64,000 nt of DNA. Source: an uncultured Verrucomicrobiota bacterium (GTDB lineage Bacteria; Verrucomicrobiota; Kiritimatiellia; CAIQIC01; Lenti-01). The first letter of the stretch is position 1. Each line of letters begins with the position of its first letter. The stretch spans positions 518-64,517 of the forward strand of contig CAZGMQ010000004.1 of the NCBI GenBank assembly GCA_964526745.1, read 5' to 3'. Below, in pieces: positions 1 to 14,600 of the stretch. The translations under genes were made by a program, and so were the position numbers. Below the pieces are notes generated by a model that did no database searches, was not told where the DNA came from, and worked only from the letters and a program-made list of their open reading frames with translations.

Positions 1-833
1 GTGGGGATCGTGGTTCGCTCCTCGATGGGGCGTCCACGCCACAGGTCGACATAGCCGCCACCTAGCGGCTGGAGAGATGGGTCATCGGCAAAGGCCGGCG
101 TGTCGGGATCCACATTGGTGTCGCCCAGAATAACAACGGAGGTGAGGTCCGGATCATTCCGGTACTGCCGGGCCACGGCATCGTCGGCGATCTGGCACAG
201 GGCCCGTGCGCGTTTCGCCCGGTTGCGAGGGGCCTCGCCGTAGTTCGATTTCAAATGGACACCATAGACAAGAAGGCGGGAATCGTTTCCAAGGCGGAAT
301 TCAGCGGCGAGTGAGCCGCGGGAGGGGCGGCCGGCCCGGTCCAACTGATAAAAGCCCAGCTGGCGCACATCGCTGGGTGGAAGTCGGGAGAGCATGCCCA
401 GATTCAACTTCTCCTTGTCACCGGAGGAGCGGAGCAGGTGGGTGACATAGACATAGGGGTAGGGGGTGTCGAACTGGGCATTGAGGAATTCCAGTGTCCG
501 ACCGTTTTCGATTTCCTGCAGGAGGAGGACATCCGGATCGGCTTCCTGGATGATCTCTGCGGCGCCTTCGGCCTGTGCAATATAGAGCTCAGGGGTGCGT
601 TCGGGGCCGTCGTTGCGGGCATCGGTGAAATGCTCGAGGTTGTAGGTGGCGACACGGATGCTTCGAAGGGTGCGATGATGTTCATGAGTCCCCGGCGCGA
701 GGACGGGTTTGAGGGTTGTGATTCGCAGTCCAGGCTTGGGCTGGGCCAGAAACCACAGCAAAAGAGCTACGGCAACCAGGAGGGCGGCGTAGATGGCACG
801 TGTGGGATGGGTAGAGGATGTCTTCTTTGTCAT
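1..833 (-). CDS. Endonuclease/exonuclease/phosphatase (EEP) family protein with N-terminal membrane anchor; 3'-truncated by window edge
   Basis: Not in the ORF track. Hand translation from ATG at 833: MTKKTSSTHPTRAIYAALLVAVALLLWFLAQ...IRVATYNLEHF...ADPDVLLLQEIEN...VYGVHLKSN...VILGDTNVD, open to base 1. RVATYN, PDVLLLQE, HLKS and GDxN are EEP motifs. Confidence 0.85.
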   Translation of the reverse strand, partial: MTKKTSSTHPTRAIYAALLVAVALLLWFLAQPKPGLRITTLKPVLAPGTHEHHRTLRSIRVATYNLEHFTDARNDGPERTPELYIAQAEGAAEIIQEADPDVLLLQEIENGRTLEFLNAQFDTPYPYVYVTHLLRSSGDKEKLNLGMLSRLPPSDVRQLGFYQLDRAGRPSRGSLAAEFRLGNDSRLLVYGVHLKSNYGEAPRNRAKRARALCQIADDAVARQYRNDPDLTSVVILGDTNVDPDTPAFADDPSLQPLGGGYVDLWRGRPIEERTTIP

Positions 834-977
834 GCGGGTGTTTATGTCGGAAAAGCGGTGCAGATGCGAGTCAAAAGAGATCGGTGCCGGGGTGTCGTTT
901 GGATTGATTGCGGCTGCGGGCTTGTGATAGTTTCCATTTATCAGGGCAAGGGGCCCGTCAAACCACGGAGAGAAAAG

Positions 978-1316
978 ATGAGCAAAAAATGGATGTTGGC
1001 ATTGGCGTTGGTGTTGTTGAGCACGACGGTCGTTCTGGCGGGGTGGCAAGTGGTCTCGGATGTGACGGCGGGCGGCGGGGCCAAAGAACTGGTGGTGAAC
1101 CGTTCGGTCCAGTCGGTCCAGATTGAATGCACGAGCGGCACGGTGATCATCAATACTGTGGTGATTCGCGAAGGGGGAGCCAAGAACCCCATCACCGTTG
1201 CGCGGAAGTTCACGGTGGGGGAGAAGCAGGAGCTGAACCTCGGTGGAACGAAGCAGGTGACGGGATTGCGCATCAGTGACAGTGGTCGCGGGACCTATAA
1301 GGTTTCCACCCAGTAA
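978..1316 (+). CDS. Small secreted beta-rich protein (112 aa), DUF2541/YaaI-like
   Basis: Real start MSKKWMLALALVLLSTTVVLA (signal peptide) after GGAG, inside the track ORF 438..1316. The mature part W-x-VV...V-x-IN-x-VV...ELNLGG-x-KQVTGLRI resembles DUF2541 by recollection only. Confidence 0.65.
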   Translation: MSKKWMLALALVLLSTTVVLAGWQVVSDVTAGGGAKELVVNRSVQSVQIECTSGTVIINTVVIREGGAKNPITVARKFTVGEKQELNLGGTKQVTGLRISDSGRGTYKVSTQ

Positions 1317-1393
1317 AGAATCCGTCTGGCGCGTGGTTGGCCTTTTGAGCGCATCCGGGAGAGGGAGTTGACGGGAAAATCGGGCTCCCGGCG

Positions 1394-1455
1394 AAAAAAG
1401 TTCAAAAAAAGTCAAAAAAAGTTGACAAGGGCGAGCGTATCGGTATTATGCGCCC
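1394..1455 (+). promoter_or_regulatory. Sigma70-type stable-RNA promoter of the tRNA-Thr-tuf operon with phased A-tracts and GC-rich discriminator
   Basis: A6/A7/A7 tracts starting at 1394, 1404 and 1414 (10-bp period); TTGACA 1422-1427; 16-bp spacer; TATTAT 1444-1449; then GCGCCC. Confidence 0.8.
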
Positions 1456-1614
1456 AACATTTGAGAGGGTCGGTAAGCCGTTTCAGGTGGATAATTGCGT
1501 GAAAAACAAGGCATTTAGCGCTTTCCGAGCCTCTCCGGGAAACCCTAGGTACGGTTGGGCTATGTCTTGTTCTTGTCTTTATTGGCGAGGGTGTTGGAGC
1601 GCGAGAGAGAGCGT

Positions 1615-1690
1615 GCCTGTGTAGCTCAGTTGGCAGAGCACGTCCTTGGTAAGGACGAGGTCAGCGGTTCAATCCCGCTCGCAGGCTCCA
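1615..1690 (+). tRNA. tRNA-Thr(GGT)
   Basis: GCCTGTG acceptor pairs with CGCAGGC; D-arm AGCTCAGTTGGCAGAGC; anticodon arm CGTCC-TTGGTAA-GGACG; GGTTCAATCCC T-arm; encoded CCA; 76 nt. Confidence 0.97.
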
Positions 1691-1773
1691 AATTTGATTT
1701 GAGTGTAGGAACAGTAAAACGCGTCGGCAACGGCGCATAAGATTTAAAAAGAAACAACGCAGGGAGAAACTCC

Positions 1774-2982
1774 ATGGCCAAGGATAAATTCGAGAGAACA
1801 AAGCCTCACGTCAACGTCGGTACGATCGGTCACGTCGATCACGGCAAAACCACGCTGACCGCAGCGATCACCCATACCCAGAGCCTGAAGGGTCTGGCGG
1901 ACTATATCAGCTATGACCAAGTGGCCAAAGCGTCTGAGTCTCAGGGTCGCCGCGACAAAACCAAAATTTTAACCATTGCGACTTCGCATGTGGAATATCA
2001 GACGGCCAACCGTCATTATGCCCATGTGGATTGCCCCGGCCATGCGGATTATATCAAAAATATGATTACGGGTGCGGCGCAGATGGATGGCGCGATCCTC
2101 GTGGTCAGCGCTTCCGATGGTCCGATGCCCCAGACCCGCGAGCACATTCTGCTGGCCCGTCAGGTCGGCGTGCCTTCCATCGTTGTCTTCCTGAACAAGT
2201 GCGACACGGTCGATGACGACGAATTGCTCGATCTCGTCGAGATGGAAGTTCGCGAACTCCTCTCCAAGTATGAGTTCCCTGGCGATGATACCCCGATCAT
2301 TCGTGGTTCTGCGATCAAGGCGATTGAGTCGGATGATCCCGAGAGCGACGCCTGCAAGTGCATCACGGAATTGCTGGACGCTCTGGACACCTTTGTAGAA
2401 GAGCCGGCCCGTCCGCTGGATCAGCCTTACCTGATGCCCATCGAAGATGTGTTTTCCATCGAAGGTCGCGGTACCGTAGTGACCGGTCGCATCGAACGCG
2501 GCGTCATCAAGGTCGGTGAAGAAGTTGCCATTGTCGGCCTGCGCGACACCGTCAAGACCACCTGCACGGGTGTGGAAATGTTCCGCAAACTCCTGGATCA
2601 GGGTCAGGCCGGTGACAACGTCGGTATCCTGCTTCGCGGTATTAAGAAGGAAGATGTTGAGCGCGGTCAGGTGCTGGCCAAGCCCGGTTCCATTAACCCG
2701 CACACGAAGTTTAAAGCGAGCGTGTATGTGTTGAGCAAGGATGAAGGTGGACGTCATACCCCGTTCTTCAAGGGCTATCGCCCTCAGTTCTACTTCCGCA
2801 CAACGGATGTGACCGGCGATGTGACCTTGCCGGAAGGTGTCGAGATGGTCATGCCGGGCGACAACATTGACATGGATGTCGAGTTGATCACCCCGATCGC
2901 CATGGAATTGAACATGCGTTTCGCGATCCGCGAAGGTGGCCGTACTGTCGGCGCCGGTGTGGTTGCTGAAATCGTGGAATAA
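1774..2982 (+). CDS. tuf: Elongation factor Tu
   Basis: [14 protein letters not shown] and NKCD motifs; C-terminal [10 protein letters not shown]. Confidence 0.99.
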   Translation: MAKDKFERTKPHVNVGTIGHVDHGKTTLTAAITHTQSLKGLADYISYDQVAKASESQGRRDKTKILTIATSHVEYQTANRHYAHVDCPGHADYIKNMITGAAQMDGAILVVSASDGPMPQTREHILLARQVGVPSIVVFLNKCDTVDDDELLDLVEMEVRELLSKYEFPGDDTPIIRGSAIKAIESDDPESDACKCITELLDALDTFVEEPARPLDQPYLMPIEDVFSIEGRGTVVTGRIERGVIKVGEEVAIVGLRDTVKTTCTGVEMFRKLLDQGQAGDNVGILLRGIKKEDVERGQVLAKPGSINPHTKFKASVYVLSKDEGGRHTPFFKGYRPQFYFRTTDVTGDVTLPEGVEMVMPGDNIDMDVELITPIAMELNMRFAIREGGRTVGAGVVAEIVE

Positions 2983-3052
2983 AGATTGATGGGTCGGGTT
3001 GGGGCGGCGCTGCAAGGCGCTTGCCCCGGTTCTCCCAACTGGAGTTTGAACC

Positions 3053-3205
3053 ATGGCAAGGGAAAACATCACGCTGGCCTGCACGGAGTGCAAGCGCCGT
3101 AACTATATTAATACCCGGAACAAGAAGATCAAGACCGAGCGTCTTGAGTTGAAAAAGTTTTGCCCGTTCGAGCGGAAGCACACGGTGCACCGCGAGGTGA
3201 AGTAG
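3053..3205 (+). CDS. rpmG: 50S ribosomal protein L33
   Basis: Below the track cut-off. Hand translation [50 protein letters not shown]; canonical position between tuf and tRNA-Trp/secE. Confidence 0.97.
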   Translation: MARENITLACTECKRRNYINTRNKKIKTERLELKKFCPFERKHTVHREVK

Positions 3206-3242
3206 GCAGGGCATCTGGATTTGGTTTGGCGTTACAGCCTAC

Positions 3243-3318
3243 AGGCCAGTAGCTCAATTGGCAGAGCATCGGTCTCCAAAACCGAGGGTTGTGGGTTCAA
3301 GTCCCTCCTGGCCTGCCA
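3243..3318 (+). tRNA. tRNA-Trp(CCA)
   Basis: AGGCCAG/CTGGCCT acceptor stem; anticodon arm TCGGT-CTCCAAA-ACCGA; GGTTCAAGTCC; encoded CCA; precedes secE. Confidence 0.97.
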
Positions 3319-3372
3319 CTTCTATAAACGGGAATGGGTCCCGACGACCCCGAGAGAATAAGGCGAACAGAC

Positions 3373-3573
3373 ATGAGCAAAATTGCAGAGAACATGGGCG
3401 GACTCCGCGGGTTCTTTGGCGAGGTGAGTGCCGAGCTGAAGAAATGCGCGTGGCCGACGCGTCCGGAACTGTTCGATTCGACAGTGATGGTCATCATTTC
3501 AGTTGCGTTGCTGGGCGGGTTTGTAGCGATTTGCGATGTGTTGTTGCGCGAAATTATTCGCCGGGTCATCTAA
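3373..3573 (+). CDS. secE: Preprotein translocase subunit SecE
   Basis: F(F)GEVSAELKKCAWPTRPEL motif plus one TM helix; lies between tRNA-Trp and nusG; start MSKIAEN at 3373. Confidence 0.93.
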   Translation: MSKIAENMGGLRGFFGEVSAELKKCAWPTRPELFDSTVMVIISVALLGGFVAICDVLLREIIRRVI

Positions 3574-3589
3574 GGGAATCTCAACCGTC

Positions 3590-4141
3590 ATGGAAAAACA
3601 TTGGTATGTATTGCACGCGCTCTCCGGACAGGAGGGCAAAGCGCTGGCCAACCTCGAAAAGCGCAAGCAGGTCGAGGAGATGGAAGACTACATTGGTGAG
3701 ATTCTGATTCCCACCGAACAGGTCTCGGAAGTGAAGCAGGGCAAGCGGACCACGCTGACTCGGAAGTTCTTTCCGGGCTATGTGCTGATCCAGATAGCGC
3801 TGTTTGACGAAGAGAAGCGCCTGATGGAGAAGCCCTGGTCGTTTATCCAGGGGACGCCGGGCCTGATCGGGTTTATCGGCGGCGACCGTCCGGTGGCGTT
3901 GCGCCCCGACGAGATCGATAAGATTTTAGTGCAGATTGAAGAGAAGAAGGAACGGGTGAAACCCAAGGTGGTCTTCGAACCGGGCGAATCGGTCAAGATC
4001 ACGGATGGCCCGTTCCTGAGCTTTAGCGGTTTAGTGGAAGAAGTAGACCCGGAACGCGGGAAGCTGAAAGTATCGGTATCGATCTTCGGCCGTACGGCGC
4101 CGGTGGAGTTGGAATATTGGCAGGTGGAAAGAGGCGACTAG
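3590..4141 (+). CDS. nusG: Transcription termination/antitermination factor NusG
   Basis: [17 protein letters not shown] and KOW motif ([11 protein letters not shown]...[12 protein letters not shown]); start ATG 3590. Confidence 0.98.
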   Translation: MEKHWYVLHALSGQEGKALANLEKRKQVEEMEDYIGEILIPTEQVSEVKQGKRTTLTRKFFPGYVLIQIALFDEEKRLMEKPWSFIQGTPGLIGFIGGDRPVALRPDEIDKILVQIEEKKERVKPKVVFEPGESVKITDGPFLSFSGLVEEVDPERGKLKVSVSIFGRTAPVELEYWQVERGD

Positions 4142-4157
4142 CCTCAGGTGGATATTT

Positions 4158-4580
4158 ATGGCGAAGAAAGTTACAGGTATAGTTAAGTTGCAGATCCCGG
4201 CGGGTCAGGCCAATCCTGCGCCTCCGGTAGGTCCGGCGTTGGGTCAGCAAGGTGTCAACATCATGGGATTCTGCAAAGAATTCAATTCGGCGACACAGAA
4301 GCAGGCTGGAATGATCATTCCGGTCGTGATCACCGTCTATCAGGACAAGAGTTTCACGTTCATTACCAAGAGCCCTCCGGCCTCTTCGCTGCTTAAGAAG
4401 GCAGCGGGTATCGCCAAGGGATCGGGTGTGCCGAACCGCGACAAAGTGGGGAAAGTCACACGTGAACAGATGCTCGAGATCGTCAAGATTAAGGCGAAAG
4501 ATCTGAACGCGAGCGATGAGGACCATGCGGTGCGCATGGTAGAAGGCACGGCGAGAAGCATGGGAATCGAAGTGGAGTAA
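4158..4580 (+). CDS. rplK: 50S ribosomal protein L11
   Basis: [21 protein letters not shown]; [10 protein letters not shown]. Confidence 0.99.
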   Translation: MAKKVTGIVKLQIPAGQANPAPPVGPALGQQGVNIMGFCKEFNSATQKQAGMIIPVVITVYQDKSFTFITKSPPASSLLKKAAGIAKGSGVPNRDKVGKVTREQMLEIVKIKAKDLNASDEDHAVRMVEGTARSMGIEVE

Positions 4581-4589
4581 GGCGAAGCC

Positions 4590-5282
4590 ATGACATTTCA
4601 CGGTAAACAATATAAAGCAGCAGCGGCCAAGGTGGATCGGGAAACCCTGTACACCATTGAAGGAGCCATCCGGTTCCTGAAAGACAACCCGACTGCGAAG
4701 TTTGATGCGACGGCGGAAATTGCTTTCCGTCTGGGTGTGGATCCGACCAAGAGTGACCAGGCGGTGCGCGGCACCGTCACCTTGCCTCACGGCTCGGGCA
4801 AAGTCGTTCGGGTGCTGGTGTTCGCGAATGGACCTGCGGCGGATGCCGCCCGCGAAGCCGGCGCTGAGTTCGTCGGGTTCGAGGACATGCTGGAGAAGGT
4901 CAAGGGCGGTTTCACGGACTTCGATGTGGCAGTGGCCACGCCGGATGCTATGAAGGAAGTCCGAAAGCTGGGTAAGGTGCTGGGTCCTCGCGGCCTGATG
5001 CCCAACCCGAAGACGGGCACCGTCAGCGATGACACGGCGGCCGCAGTCAAGGCCTGCAAAGCGGGACGCGTGGAGTTCCGGATGGACCGACACGGCAACG
5101 TAATGGTTCCCTTTGGCAAGTTCTCCTTTGAGATCGATGCCCTGGTGGAAAACTGCAAGTCGATTATCGGTGCCCTGAATCATGCCCGGCCGACGGTGGC
5201 GAAGGGCTTGTTCATCAAGCGCGGAACCATCACCTCGACCATGGGCCCCGGCCTTCGGCTGGACTCGCGAGAGATGTCATAG
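4590..5282 (+). CDS. rplA: 50S ribosomal protein L1
   Basis: [12 protein letters not shown]; [19 protein letters not shown]. Confidence 0.99.
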   Translation: MTFHGKQYKAAAAKVDRETLYTIEGAIRFLKDNPTAKFDATAEIAFRLGVDPTKSDQAVRGTVTLPHGSGKVVRVLVFANGPAADAAREAGAEFVGFEDMLEKVKGGFTDFDVAVATPDAMKEVRKLGKVLGPRGLMPNPKTGTVSDDTAAAVKACKAGRVEFRMDRHGNVMVPFGKFSFEIDALVENCKSIIGALNHARPTVAKGLFIKRGTITSTMGPGLRLDSREMS

Positions 5283-5307
5283 TTTTACAGGAACGGGAGA
5301 TCAAACG

Positions 5308-5829
5308 ATGAGACCGGAAAAAGAGGCGATTGTCAGGGAAATCAAAGAGCAGCTCGAAGGCTCCTCTTTCACGATTCTGACCAACTTTTCGACGATGAAC
5401 ACCGTGAAGACCGCTGCCCTTCGGGCCGCGCTTCAGGAGTCCGAGGCCCAATATCATGTGGTGCCGAACCGGTTGTTCAACGTTGTCACAAAAGAACTGA
5501 ACTATGAGGGTCTGGAGGCCGGACTGAAGGGTCCTACCGCTATTGTCTTCGGTTCAGGCGATGTAGCCGCGGCGGCGAAAGCCTTGAGCGAGTTCATCAA
5601 GGGGAATGCAAAGGTACCTGTGATCAAACTGGGCTATATGGATGGCACCGTTTTGAGCGCAGAGCAAATCAACGTTCTGGCCACGCTGCCGCCGCTGAAG
5701 GTGATGCAGGGTGTGTTCGTTGGGACGCTGGCCGCCCCGATGTCGAATTTGGTTGGCGTGATGAGCCAAAAACTGGCGAGCCTGGTGTATGTGCTGCAGG
5801 CTGCCGCAGATAAGAAAAACGCGGCCTAA
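5308..5829 (+). CDS. rplJ: 50S ribosomal protein L10
   Basis: Start MRPEKEAIV after GGAG; L10-like fold (LKGPTAIVF, LATLP); lies between rplA and rplL. Confidence 0.95.
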   Translation: MRPEKEAIVREIKEQLEGSSFTILTNFSTMNTVKTAALRAALQESEAQYHVVPNRLFNVVTKELNYEGLEAGLKGPTAIVFGSGDVAAAAKALSEFIKGNAKVPVIKLGYMDGTVLSAEQINVLATLPPLKVMQGVFVGTLAAPMSNLVGVMSQKLASLVYVLQAAADKKNAA

Positions 5830-5886
5830 GCACAGGGCCCGAAATCACAATCACGATTTAAAAAATAACGGATCAGGAGAATACTC

Positions 5887-6282
5887 ATGAGCGAAGAAGT
5901 GAAACTCGAAGGTAAGATGGCGGAATTTGTGGACTGGATTGAGACCGTATCGGTTTTGGAACTGTCTCAGTTGGTGAAGGCATTGGAAGATCGTCTGGGC
6001 GTATCGGCCGCTGCTCCGGCAGCTGTTGCAGCCGCTCCGGCCGCTGGTGGCGGAGCCGCCGAAGAAGAACAGACGGAATTCACGGTTGAATTGACCGCCG
6101 CGGGTTCGTCCAAGATCGCCGTCATCAAGGAAGTGCGCACGATCACCGGTCTCGGCTTGAAAGAAGCCAAGGATCTGGTCGAAGCCGCTCCGAAGGCTGT
6201 CAAGGAAGGCGTCGACAAGGACGAAGCTGAAAAGGTTCAGAAGCAGTTGGAAGCTGCTGGCGCTAAGGTCACCATCAAGTAG
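5887..6282 (+). CDS. rplL: 50S ribosomal protein L7/L12
   Basis: Ala-rich hinge; EQTEFTV; [24 protein letters not shown]. Confidence 0.99.
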   Translation: MSEEVKLEGKMAEFVDWIETVSVLELSQLVKALEDRLGVSAAAPAAVAAAPAAGGGAAEEEQTEFTVELTAAGSSKIAVIKEVRTITGLGLKEAKDLVEAAPKAVKEGVDKDEAEKVQKQLEAAGAKVTIK

Positions 6283-6299
6283 TTCTCCAGTTGTGGTGT

Positions 6300-6349
6300 G
6301 ACGGTCGCCCCGGGTCGCTTTACGCGCATCCGGGGTGTACCCGTCTTTT
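6300..6349 (+). terminator. Terminator/attenuator-like hairpin between rplL and rpoB
   Basis: GACGG(6300-6304)/CCGTC(6341-6345) outer stem and GCCCCGGG/TCCGGGGT inner stem, followed by TTTT. Confidence 0.5.
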
Positions 6350-6388
6350 GGTTTTCGTGGTTTTCACCCTTGAACAATAGGTGACCCG

Positions 6389-9300
6389 ATGGTTGACAGG
6401 ATTAATTTTGGTAAGTTGACGGATGTGGTCGAGCTACCGGATCTCATTGAGATCCAGACGCGCTCGTACCGCGATTTTTTGCAGATGGATACGGCGCCGA
6501 ACAAGCGTCGTGCCGTGGGTCTGCAGGCGGTTTTCAAGGAAGTGTTCCCCATCGAAAGCTATGATGGGAACTGCACCCTGGATTTCGTTAAATATGAGGT
6601 GACCCCGCCTAAACAGCTGCCGTTTGTGAGCCTGAAAGAAGGCGAATCGCATACGGCGGCCCTGCATGTGACTTTCCGCCTGAAGAACCAGGCCGAAGTG
6701 CGCGAAGAGACTGTTTTCATGGGCGAAGTGCCTTTGATCACCGAGCAGGGAACCTTTATTGTCAATGGTGCCGAGCGCGTCATTGTCAGTCAGCTTCATC
6801 GGTCGCCGGGGCTCTGCTTCGAGCAGAGCGTCCATGCGAACGGCACCCTGCTGCATTCCTTCCGGATCATTCCGGACCGCGGCTCCTGGGTCGAAGTCCA
6901 GTTTGATACGGCGGATTTGCTCAACATCTATCTCGACCGCAAGAAACGCCGCCGGAAATTCCTGGCGACCACCTTCCTGCGTGCCCTGGGATACGGAAGC
7001 GATGAAGAACTGCTGGGTCTGTTCTATACCTTTGAGAAGCTGGATGTGGCCAAGGCCAAATCCGATCAGCTCGAAAACCGCGTGGTTAAAACGGACATCG
7101 TGGATGAAGACAGCCAAAGCATTCTGGTCAAGAAGTTCGAGCCGGTCACCAAGGACTTGCTTAAGCAGCTTCAGGCCGCCGGCATCAAGAAGCTCGATGT
7201 GGTCAATGTGTCTTGGGATGAAGGTTTGTTGCTGAAGAGTGTCCGCAAGGACCCCTCCGACAACGCCGACGATGCCCTGAAGGAAATCTATCACAAACTG
7301 CGTCCGGGCGATCCCCCGACAACCTCCAATGCCCGTCAGCTGCTGAAACGGATATTCTTTGATCCGCGCCGCTATGACCTCGGCCGCGTGGGTCGTTACA
7401 AGATCCAGCAGAAGCTGGGCCTCGATCCCAAGAACGAGAGCCGGGTGCTGGAAAAAGAAGATTTTGTGGCCGCTGTGAAATATCTAATCAACCTTCGCCG
7501 AGGCGAGGGGACCATCGACGATATTGATCATCTCGGCAGCCGCCGTATCCGTACGGTGGGTGAGCTGGTTGAAAACCAGTGCCGCGTAGGGTTGGCCCGA
7601 ACCGAACGCCTGGTGCGCGAACGCATGACGGTGTTTGATCAGCAGGCCGAAAAACTGACGCCCCAGAAGCTTATCAATCCCAAGGCCCTGGCCGCAGTGA
7701 TTCGTGACTTCTTCGGTCGCAGTCAGCTCTCCCAGTTTATGGATCAGACCAACCCGCTGGCCGAATTGACCCACAAACGCCGTCTCAGCGCCCTCGGACC
7801 AGGCGGTCTGAGCCGCGAACGCGCCGGCTTTGAGGTTCGCGATGTGCATTCGTCGCATTATGGCCGCATCTGCCCGATTGAAACGCCTGAAGGGCCGAAT
7901 ATCGGACTGATCTCGTCGCTGTCGATGTATGCTCGCGTTAACGAATTCGGGTTCATTGAGACTCCGTACCGTCGCGTGGTGGGCGGGAAGGTCTCGAAGA
8001 CCGTTATCGATTATCTGACGGCTGACCAAGAGGAAAACTATGTGATCGCGCAGGCGAATGCCCCTCTGAATGAGGATGGTTCGTTTGCCCGCGAGACCGT
8101 GGCGGGCCGCTATCGCGGTGAGTTCCTCGAAGTGGCCGTGGATCGTGCCAACTATATGGATGTGTCACCGAAACAGGTGGTCTCCGTGGCGGCCGGTTTG
8201 ATCCCGTTCCTCGAGCACGATGATGCGAACCGCGCTCTGATGGGGGCCAACATGCAGCGCCAGGCGGTGCCGTTGTTGCGCGTCGAGGCTCCGTATGTGG
8301 CGACGGGCGTGGAAGCCCGCGTGGCACGCGACAGCCGCGTGATGGTGATTGCCCGTGAGTCGGGCAAGACAGCCTATGTGGCCGCCGACCGTATTGTGGT
8401 GTCGAAGGACGGCTCCATGCCGACCAAGAAGACGCCGCAGGAGGATTATCAGTCCTATGATCTCCGCAAGTTCACGCGCTCGAATGCGGGGACCTGCATC
8501 AATCAGCGTCCGATTGTCAAGAAGGGCCAGAAAATCAAGAAGAACGATGTCCTCGCGGACGGCGCTCTGACGGATGACGGCGAATTAGCCATCGGTCGCA
8601 ATGTGCTGGTGGCGTTCATGCCCTGGTGCGGATATAACTTCGAGGATGCCATTCTGCTGAATGAACGTCTCGTCTCGGAGGATATCTTCACCTCGGTGCA
8701 TATTGATGAATATGAGTGCGGAGCCCGTGACACCAAGCTGGGCCCTGAGGAAATCACTCGCGACATTCCGAATGTCGGCGAGGAAGCTCTGAAGGATCTC
8801 GGGATGGACGGAGTGGTGCGCATCGGTGCAGAAGTGAACCCCGGCGATATTCTCGTTGGGAAGATCACGCCGAAGAGCGAGACCGAACTGGCTCCAGAAG
8901 AGAAGCTGCTGCGTGCGATCTTCGGCGAAAAGGCTGCGGAAGTGCGCGATACCTCCCTGACGGTCCCGAGCGGAACCTCCGGCATCGTGATGGATGTAAA
9001 AACCACCTCCCGCGATCTGCCGCAGCGCACCAAGATGAGCCCGAATGAGCGTCGCAAGCAGCAGAAGCAGATGGTGGATGAGTTTGACAAGCGCGAGTCC
9101 GAGATCACGGAGAACCTCACCGATGCGCTGTCCAACATCCTGCTGGGTGAAAAGATTCCGCTGGATGTGGTCAATGGCGAAACGGGTGAGATCATCATTC
9201 CGGCGAACCGGAAGATCACGAAGACATTGCTGCGCAAGTTGGCGGCGGCCTATGGCGTGATTGCCATCGACCCGAGTCCGATTCAGCAGAAGATCAGCAA

Positions 9301-10144
9301 TATCATCGGCGAATACAGCTCGAAGTTCGCGCAGTTGAAGGACGACCGCGAGAATATGACATTGCGTCTGGAAAGCGGCGAGGAAGCCGAGACCGGAATC
9401 ATCAAACAGGTCAAAGTCTACATTGCCAGCAAGAAGAAGCTGGGCGTCGGTGACAAGATGTCCGGACGTCATGGTAACAAGGGCGTGGTCGCCCGCATTC
9501 TGCCGGAAGAGGACATGCCGTTCATGCCGGATGGAACGCCGGTGGATATCGTGTTGAATCCGCTGGGTGTGCCATCGCGTATGAATGTGGGTCAGGTGCT
9601 TGAAACCCATCTGGGTATTGCCTGCAAGATTCTGGGGCAGCATGCGGCCACACCGGTTTTTGATGGCTGTCCTGAAAAGGAAATCTGGGCGCTGATGGAG
9701 AAGGCGGGCCTGCCGGATGACGGTAAGACGACCCTGTTCGACGGCCGCACCGGAGAGTCATTCGACCAGCGCGTGGTCGTGGGCGTGATTTATATGCTCA
9801 AGCTTCACCATCTGGTGAGCGACAAGATCCATGCGCGTGCCGTTGGACCCTACAGTCTCGTGACCCAGCAACCGCTGGGCGGCAAGGCGCAGTATGGAGG
9901 TCAGCGCTTCGGTGAAATGGAGGTGTGGGCCATGGAGGCCTACGGCTGTGCCTACGCACTGCAGGAACTCCTCACTGTCAAGAGCGATGACGTCGCCGGT
10001 CGCACCCGAATCTATGAGTCCATCGTCAAGGGAACGAATTCCTTGGAGGCGGGCATCCCGGAATCCTTCAATGTGCTGATGAAAGAAATTCAGAGCCTGG
10101 CTCTGGATATCCGGGTCCAGCGCCGTGAAGAGAGCCTGGCTTAG
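6389..10144 (+). CDS. rpoB: RNA polymerase subunit beta
   Basis: [32 protein letters not shown] and GGQRFGEME motifs. Confidence 0.99.
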   Translation: MVDRINFGKLTDVVELPDLIEIQTRSYRDFLQMDTAPNKRRAVGLQAVFKEVFPIESYDGNCTLDFVKYEVTPPKQLPFVSLKEGESHTAALHVTFRLKNQAEVREETVFMGEVPLITEQGTFIVNGAERVIVSQLHRSPGLCFEQSVHANGTLLHSFRIIPDRGSWVEVQFDTADLLNIYLDRKKRRRKFLATTFLRALGYGSDEELLGLFYTFEKLDVAKAKSDQLENRVVKTDIVDEDSQSILVKKFEPVTKDLLKQLQAAGIKKLDVVNVSWDEGLLLKSVRKDPSDNADDALKEIYHKLRPGDPPTTSNARQLLKRIFFDPRRYDLGRVGRYKIQQKLGLDPKNESRVLEKEDFVAAVKYLINLRRGEGTIDDIDHLGSRRIRTVGELVENQCRVGLARTERLVRERMTVFDQQAEKLTPQKLINPKALAAVIRDFFGRSQLSQFMDQTNPLAELTHKRRLSALGPGGLSRERAGFEVRDVHSSHYGRICPIETPEGPNIGLISSLSMYARVNEFGFIETPYRRVVGGKVSKTVIDYLTADQEENYVIAQANAPLNEDGSFARETVAGRYRGEFLEVAVDRANYMDVSPKQVVSVAAGLIPFLEHDDANRALMGANMQRQAVPLLRVEAPYVATGVEARVARDSRVMVIARESGKTAYVAADRIVVSKDGSMPTKKTPQEDYQSYDLRKFTRSNAGTCINQRPIVKKGQKIKKNDVLADGALTDDGELAIGRNVLVAFMPWCGYNFEDAILLNERLVSEDIFTSVHIDEYECGARDTKLGPEEITRDIPNVGEEALKDLGMDGVVRIGAEVNPGDILVGKITPKSETELAPEEKLLRAIFGEKAAEVRDTSLTVPSGTSGIVMDVKTTSRDLPQRTKMSPNERRKQQKQMVDEFDKRESEITENLTDALSNILLGEKIPLDVVNGETGEIIIPANRKITKTLLRKLAAAYGVIAIDPSPIQQKISNIIGEYSSKFAQLKDDRENMTLRLESGEEAETGIIKQVKVYIASKKKLGVGDKMSGRHGNKGVVARILPEEDMPFMPDGTPVDIVLNPLGVPSRMNVGQVLETHLGIACKILGQHAATPVFDGCPEKEIWALMEKAGLPDDGKTTLFDGRTGESFDQRVVVGVIYMLKLHHLVSDKIHARAVGPYSLVTQQPLGGKAQYGGQRFGEMEVWAMEAYGCAYALQELLTVKSDDVAGRTRIYESIVKGTNSLEAGIPESFNVLMKEIQSLALDIRVQRREESLA

Positions 10145-10197
10145 TGCCCTTAGTGACCTTGAATGTTGAATCTTTGAACCGATAGAGGAGGCCCACG

Positions 10198-14373
<4,176 letters not shown>

Positions 14374-14407
14374 GCCCTGTACTCGGGGCTTTTGCCCCGA
14401 TGATCCC

Positions 14408-14435
14408 GGCCCGGCACGTTGCCGGGCCTTTTTTT
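14408..14435 (+). terminator. Intrinsic terminator after rpoC
   Basis: GGCCCGGCA-CGT-TGCCGGGCC followed by T7. Confidence 0.9.
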
Positions 14436-14485
14436 GTATTTTAGGCAGTAAACCGTTTCGAGCATGGAGAATTTGCGTCATTTGC

Positions 14486-14516
14486 TTGACAAGAAGGGGG
14501 GGGGGAGCAGATGATT
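14486..14516 (+). promoter_or_regulatory. Probable ppdK promoter with a G10 homopolymer in the spacer
   Basis: TTGACA 14486-14491; GGGGGGGGGG 14496-14505; best -10 candidate GATGAT 14510-14515 (18-bp spacer). Confidence 0.55.
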
Positions 14517-14600
14517 GCGCGAATTTTCCACCCCGGAGTGGTGTGGCTGCGATTTAAAACAACGGGCCCGAAAGGGTCGAACAAAAACACGGAGATGACC

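Noticed and set aside
438-977. N-terminal 180 aa of track ORF 438..1316
   Set aside because: Overlaps the real minus-strand EEP gene; the true start with RBS and signal peptide is at 978.
14374-14600. Absence of rpsL-rpsG-fusA after rpoC as a novelty
   Set aside because: Separation of the str operon from rpoBC occurs in many bacteria; not distinctive.
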